From Candidatus Velthaea sp. (GTDB taxonomy: Bacteria > Vulcanimicrobiota > Vulcanimicrobiia > Vulcanimicrobiales > Vulcanimicrobiaceae): a stretch of 64,000 nt of DNA. This document shows positions 60,670-64,000 of the stretch, one piece after another. The notes under the pieces were generated by a model. It was not told where the DNA came from. It was given only the letters and a program-made list of their open reading frames with translations, and did no database searches. Both the position numbers and the translations under genes were made by a program. How positions within the stretch are numbered: position 1 is the first letter of the stretch; the number at the start of each line of letters is the position of its first letter. The stretch spans positions 32,001-96,000 of the forward strand of contig JBEKHC010000004.1 in the NCBI GenBank assembly GCA_050012475.1. Direction: 5' to 3'.

Positions 60670-61641
60670 TCAGGGGTGCCGGCGGTGGGGTTTGGCCCCC
60701 AACCGGTGAACACTCTCGATGAACCGCACGGTTCCGGTGGAACTGTGGATCAGGATCGAATGGGTTTTGGCCTGGTTGCCGGTGAAGCGCACGCCGCGCA
60801 CGAGGTCCCCGTCGGTGATGCCGGTCGCGACGAAGACGATGCTCTCGCCGCGCACCAAATCGTCGAGGCTCAGGATCCGGTCGAGATCGCCGAAGCCCAT
60901 CGCCTGCGCCCGCTCGCCTTCGGCAACGCTGCGCGGCTTGAGCCGGCCCATGAACCCGCCGCCCAGGCACTTGAGCGCAGCGGCGGCAAGCACGCCCTCG
61001 GGCGCGCCGCCGGTGCCCATCGAAACGTGAATGCCGGTTCCCTCGATGCACGTTGCGATCGCGGCGTCGACGTCGCCGTCAGAGATGAGCTTGATCCGGG
61101 CGCCGGCTTCCCGGCACTCGCGAATGAGGTCGCGGTGGCGTTCGCGATCGAGTATGACGACGGTCACATCATTGATCGGGCGTTCGAGCGCGTTGGCGAC
61201 CGCGTCGAGATTGTCAGCGACCGCTGCATCGATGTGCACGTACGGCGCGGCTTTGGGCCCGACGGCGAGCTTCTGCATGTAGGAGTCGGGCGCGTGGAGC
61301 AGACCGCCGCGCTCGGCAATCGCCATCACCGCGATCGAATTGGGCAACCCGTTGGCGACCAGGTTCGTCCCTTCGACCGGATCGACCGCGATGTCGACCG
61401 CGAAACCGCCCAGGCCCAACTCTTCCCCGATGAACAGCATCGGCGCTTCGTCCCGCTCGCCCTCGCCGATCACGATCCGGCCGGCGATCTGCATGTCGTT
61501 GAGGGCGTCGCGCATCTTTTCGACCGCCGCGCCGTCGGCGATGTTGCGTTCGCCGCGGCCCATCCAGCGTGACGCCGCGAGCGCGGCCGCTTCGGTAACG
61601 CGCACGAAGTCCAGCGTATCGACCGGGCTTCGGCCAGTCAT
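60670..61641 (-). CDS. glpX: Class II fructose-1,6-bisphosphatase
   Basis: RVTEAAA, IGEGERDEAPML, DPVEGT, GGAPEGV. Confidence 0.96.
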   Translation of the reverse strand: MTGRSPVDTLDFVRVTEAAALAASRWMGRGERNIADGAAVEKMRDALNDMQIAGRIVIGEGERDEAPMLFIGEELGLGGFAVDIAVDPVEGTNLVANGLPNSIAVMAIAERGGLLHAPDSYMQKLAVGPKAAPYVHIDAAVADNLDAVANALERPINDVTVVILDRERHRDLIRECREAGARIKLISDGDVDAAIATCIEGTGIHVSMGTGGAPEGVLAAAALKCLGGGFMGRLKPRSVAEGERAQAMGFGDLDRILSLDDLVRGESIVFVATGITDGDLVRGVRFTGNQAKTHSILIHSSTGTVRFIESVHRLGAKPHRRHP

Positions 61642-61699
61642 CGTTTGAGGAATCAAGGCTGCCACGATCCAATCCTCACACGGTCGAGGAGTATTTCCC

Positions 61700-63298
61700 T
61701 TGCAGGCGTTGGGCGGAAATGAAACCAAAACCGAGCTTGTGAACACCGCTACCGTTGGTGGGCGGCTCCGGGTCATCCCGGAAACCCTCCTCGCGGCTGC
61801 CGGCTGGCCGGCCCTGGTGACGGTCTCCGCCGCCGGACTGACGACGGGATTCTTTGCCTGGTACGCGCTCATCTCGCGCGCGCAGCACGGCTTTTTTTTC
61901 CTCGAGAGCACGTTTTTGCTGCTGCTCGCCGGCGGGTGGGCCGCGGCGCTCGGGATTTGGCACGTGTACGCCCGCTATTTCGCCCGGCGCAGCGAGGTTG
62001 CGTATTCCAAGGCCCTGCAGTACGACGCGCTCTCCTGGGGGGCGCTGCTGCTGATGTGGGCCGGCCTGTTGGCGCCGATCGGCGCGAATGCCGGCGGCCG
62101 CTCGGTCGCATTGGCGGTCGGCGGCTTTGCCTTCCTCAAAGTGGTGATCGCGGCCAACTGCAACCGCACGGTGCGCGACGTCGCGACCACCTTCGTCGTC
62201 ACCCGCATCGCGATTCTTATCGTCGCCGAGATCGCCGCGCTCGTCGTCGGTCAGCGACCGGGCATTCACTATGCGGCTTCGACCAATCCGGCGCTCGCCG
62301 TCTGGGGGCGCTGGGACGCCGAACACTATCTCAAGATCGCGACCGACGGCTACTCGGGTACCGAGATGGCGTTCTTCCCGCTCTATCCGCTGCTGATCCG
62401 CGGGGTCGGGGCGCTGACCGGCAATCATCTCGTGGCCGGGTTGTTGATCTCGAATATCGCCAGCTTCTTCAGCTTGCTGTTCTTCTACAAGCTCGTCGAG
62501 CATCAGTACGACCGCGCCGTCGCGCACCGCGCAACGTTCTACATCTCGATCTTTCCGACGGCGGTATTTTTCTCGGCCGTCTACAGCGAGTCGCTGTTCC
62601 TCGCCTTGACGGTCGCCTCGTTTTATTACATTCGCGAGCGCAAATGGCTCACCGCCGGCATCCTGGGCTTCTTCGCTGCGCTCACTCGGGTCGAGGGCGT
62701 GCTCTTGGCCGTGCCGTTCCTCATCGAATGGCTGATCGTCGTTTTCACCAGCGGTCCCTCGCCCTTCGAGTCGCTGCGCAATACGCTCAAGCACCCGCTG
62801 GCCGCACTCGTTCGGCCGGTGGCCGGCTTGCTGCTCGTCCCGCTTGGGCTGCTCTCCTACATGGCCTATCTGTGGGTGCTGCGCGGCGATCCGCTCTACT
62901 TTTCGCACGTCCAGGCGCACTGGGGCCGGCACCTCGCCTATCCCTGGGAAAGCGTCGCGCATTCCGTCAAGATCCTGACCCAGAGCCACGTGCCGCAGGC
63001 CATCGCCGACAGCGGCCTCGAAGTCGCCTTCACGGCCCTGATGGTCGCGGTCCTCATCGCGGGCTTCTGGCGCTTGCGGCCGTCGTACTCGGTCTACATG
63101 GCGCTCTCGATCTTGATTCCGATGTCGACCTCGAGTCTCATGAGCATGCCGCGCTTCGCACTGGTGCTCTTTCCGATGTTCGTCATGTTCGCGCTGTGGG
63201 GAGCGCGCCCGAGCGTGAACAACGCAATTGTGGCCTTCTCCCTGCCGATACTGGGGTTGTATACGGTACTCTTTGCTGATTGGTATTGGGTGGCATGA
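61700..63298 (+). CDS. GT-C mannosyltransferase (PIG-V-like)
   Basis: RWDAEHYLKIA, AFFPLYP, YSESLF, SMPRF; many TM helices. Confidence 0.85.
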   Translation: MQALGGNETKTELVNTATVGGRLRVIPETLLAAAGWPALVTVSAAGLTTGFFAWYALISRAQHGFFFLESTFLLLLAGGWAAALGIWHVYARYFARRSEVAYSKALQYDALSWGALLLMWAGLLAPIGANAGGRSVALAVGGFAFLKVVIAANCNRTVRDVATTFVVTRIAILIVAEIAALVVGQRPGIHYAASTNPALAVWGRWDAEHYLKIATDGYSGTEMAFFPLYPLLIRGVGALTGNHLVAGLLISNIASFFSLLFFYKLVEHQYDRAVAHRATFYISIFPTAVFFSAVYSESLFLALTVASFYYIRERKWLTAGILGFFAALTRVEGVLLAVPFLIEWLIVVFTSGPSPFESLRNTLKHPLAALVRPVAGLLLVPLGLLSYMAYLWVLRGDPLYFSHVQAHWGRHLAYPWESVAHSVKILTQSHVPQAIADSGLEVAFTALMVAVLIAGFWRLRPSYSVYMALSILIPMSTSSLMSMPRFALVLFPMFVMFALWGARPSVNNAIVAFSLPILGLYTVLFADWYWVA

Positions 63299-63738
63299 GC
63301 GCGCAGACGCTGTCGGACCGGGCTCCGGCGCAAAAGAAAAAGCACCGCGGGCTGCGGCAATTCGTTAAATTCGGCATCGTCGGCGCCTCGGGGTTCCTGG
63401 TCAACCTGATCGTCTTTACCCTGCTGCAAAGGGTCGTGCCCAATCATGCCGCCAACCCGCAGTACTACTTCATCTATTCGGCGGCGTTCCTGAGCGGCGG
63501 GGTTTCGAACTACGCGCTCAACCGGGTCTGGACGTTCCGCTCCAGCGCGCATCCCGGGCGCGAAGGCGCGAAATTCATGAGCGTCTCGCTCATCGCGCTG
63601 TGCGTCGGGTTGTTCATCTCCTGGCTCGGTCAGCCGTATTTGGGTCATGGGCACAAGCTCTGGTTCGTTTCGACGGTCGGCGCAATCTTCGTTAATTTCT
63701 TCGTCAATAAGTATTGGACGTTTCGCTCCGTCGACTGA
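63295..63738 (+). CDS. GtrA family flippase-like protein
   Basis: FVKFGIVG, NYALNRVWTF, NFFVNKYWTF. Confidence 0.9.
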   Translation: MSAQTLSDRAPAQKKKHRGLRQFVKFGIVGASGFLVNLIVFTLLQRVVPNHAANPQYYFIYSAAFLSGGVSNYALNRVWTFRSSAHPGREGAKFMSVSLIALCVGLFISWLGQPYLGHGHKLWFVSTVGAIFVNFFVNKYWTFRSVD

Positions 63739-64000
63739 GGCAGTCGCGCGAGGGATGGCTGTGGTGCGGTACCATGGCGGCCTTCGTCGTGGCGGGCCTG
63801 CTGCTGCGCCTGCGCGGCATCCATAACCCGCTGCTCGATCATCCGGGCTGGCGGCAGGGCGATACGGCCGCGATCGCGCGCAATTTCGCCACGCTGCAAT
63901 ACAACATTTTCTTTCCGCAGGCCGATTACAACGGACCGCCGCCGAACTACGTCGAGCTCGAATTGCAAATCGTTCCGTTTCTTGCAGCGACGCTGTACAA
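63735..64000 (+). CDS. ArnT/GT39-like glycosyltransferase, 5' part (runs off window)
   Basis: Own translation gives LDHPGWRQGDTAAIARNF..YVELEL; start CTG 63735 or ATG 63774. Confidence 0.7.
   Translation, partial: MRQSREGWLWCGTMAAFVVAGLLLRLRGIHNPLLDHPGWRQGDTAAIARNFATLQYNIFFPQADYNGPPPNYVELELQIVPFLAATLY

Overview
High-GC bacterial chromosome segment with two parts. (1) About 1-16.6 kb is an accessory, decaying region. It holds metF, an ECF sigma/DHFR-like pair, ArsR- and TetR-regulated mini-operons, a degraded Tn21-like Tn3-family transposon (tnpR, res, broken tnpA), six Tn3-type terminal inverted repeats of two sequence families, gene relics (TraA-like, DctM, TetR, NAD(P)-binding), an unexplained array of three hairpin repeats, and a secreted tannase-family esterase. 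(2) About 16.6-64 kb is mostly housekeeping with Terrabacteria-like gene order (rpsU-yqeY-nfeD-floA-phoH-ybeY-dgkA-CBS-cdd-recO-ruvX-mltG; pyrG with glycosyltransferases; rpmE-prfA-prmC; split NAD synthetase, cinA, glpX). An Eremiobacterota/Vulcanimicrobiota-like origin is my unverified impression. Best leads: a translationally coupled metY-CoA-binding-luxE-luxC-aminotransferase-oxidoreductase operon without luciferase (possible acid-to-aldehyde-to-amine pathway), apparent repeated use of CTG/ATT start codons in core genes, the hairpin array at 3962-4130, and nested Tn3 ends that appear to record gene capture. All family assignments come from motif recognition by eye; no searches were run.
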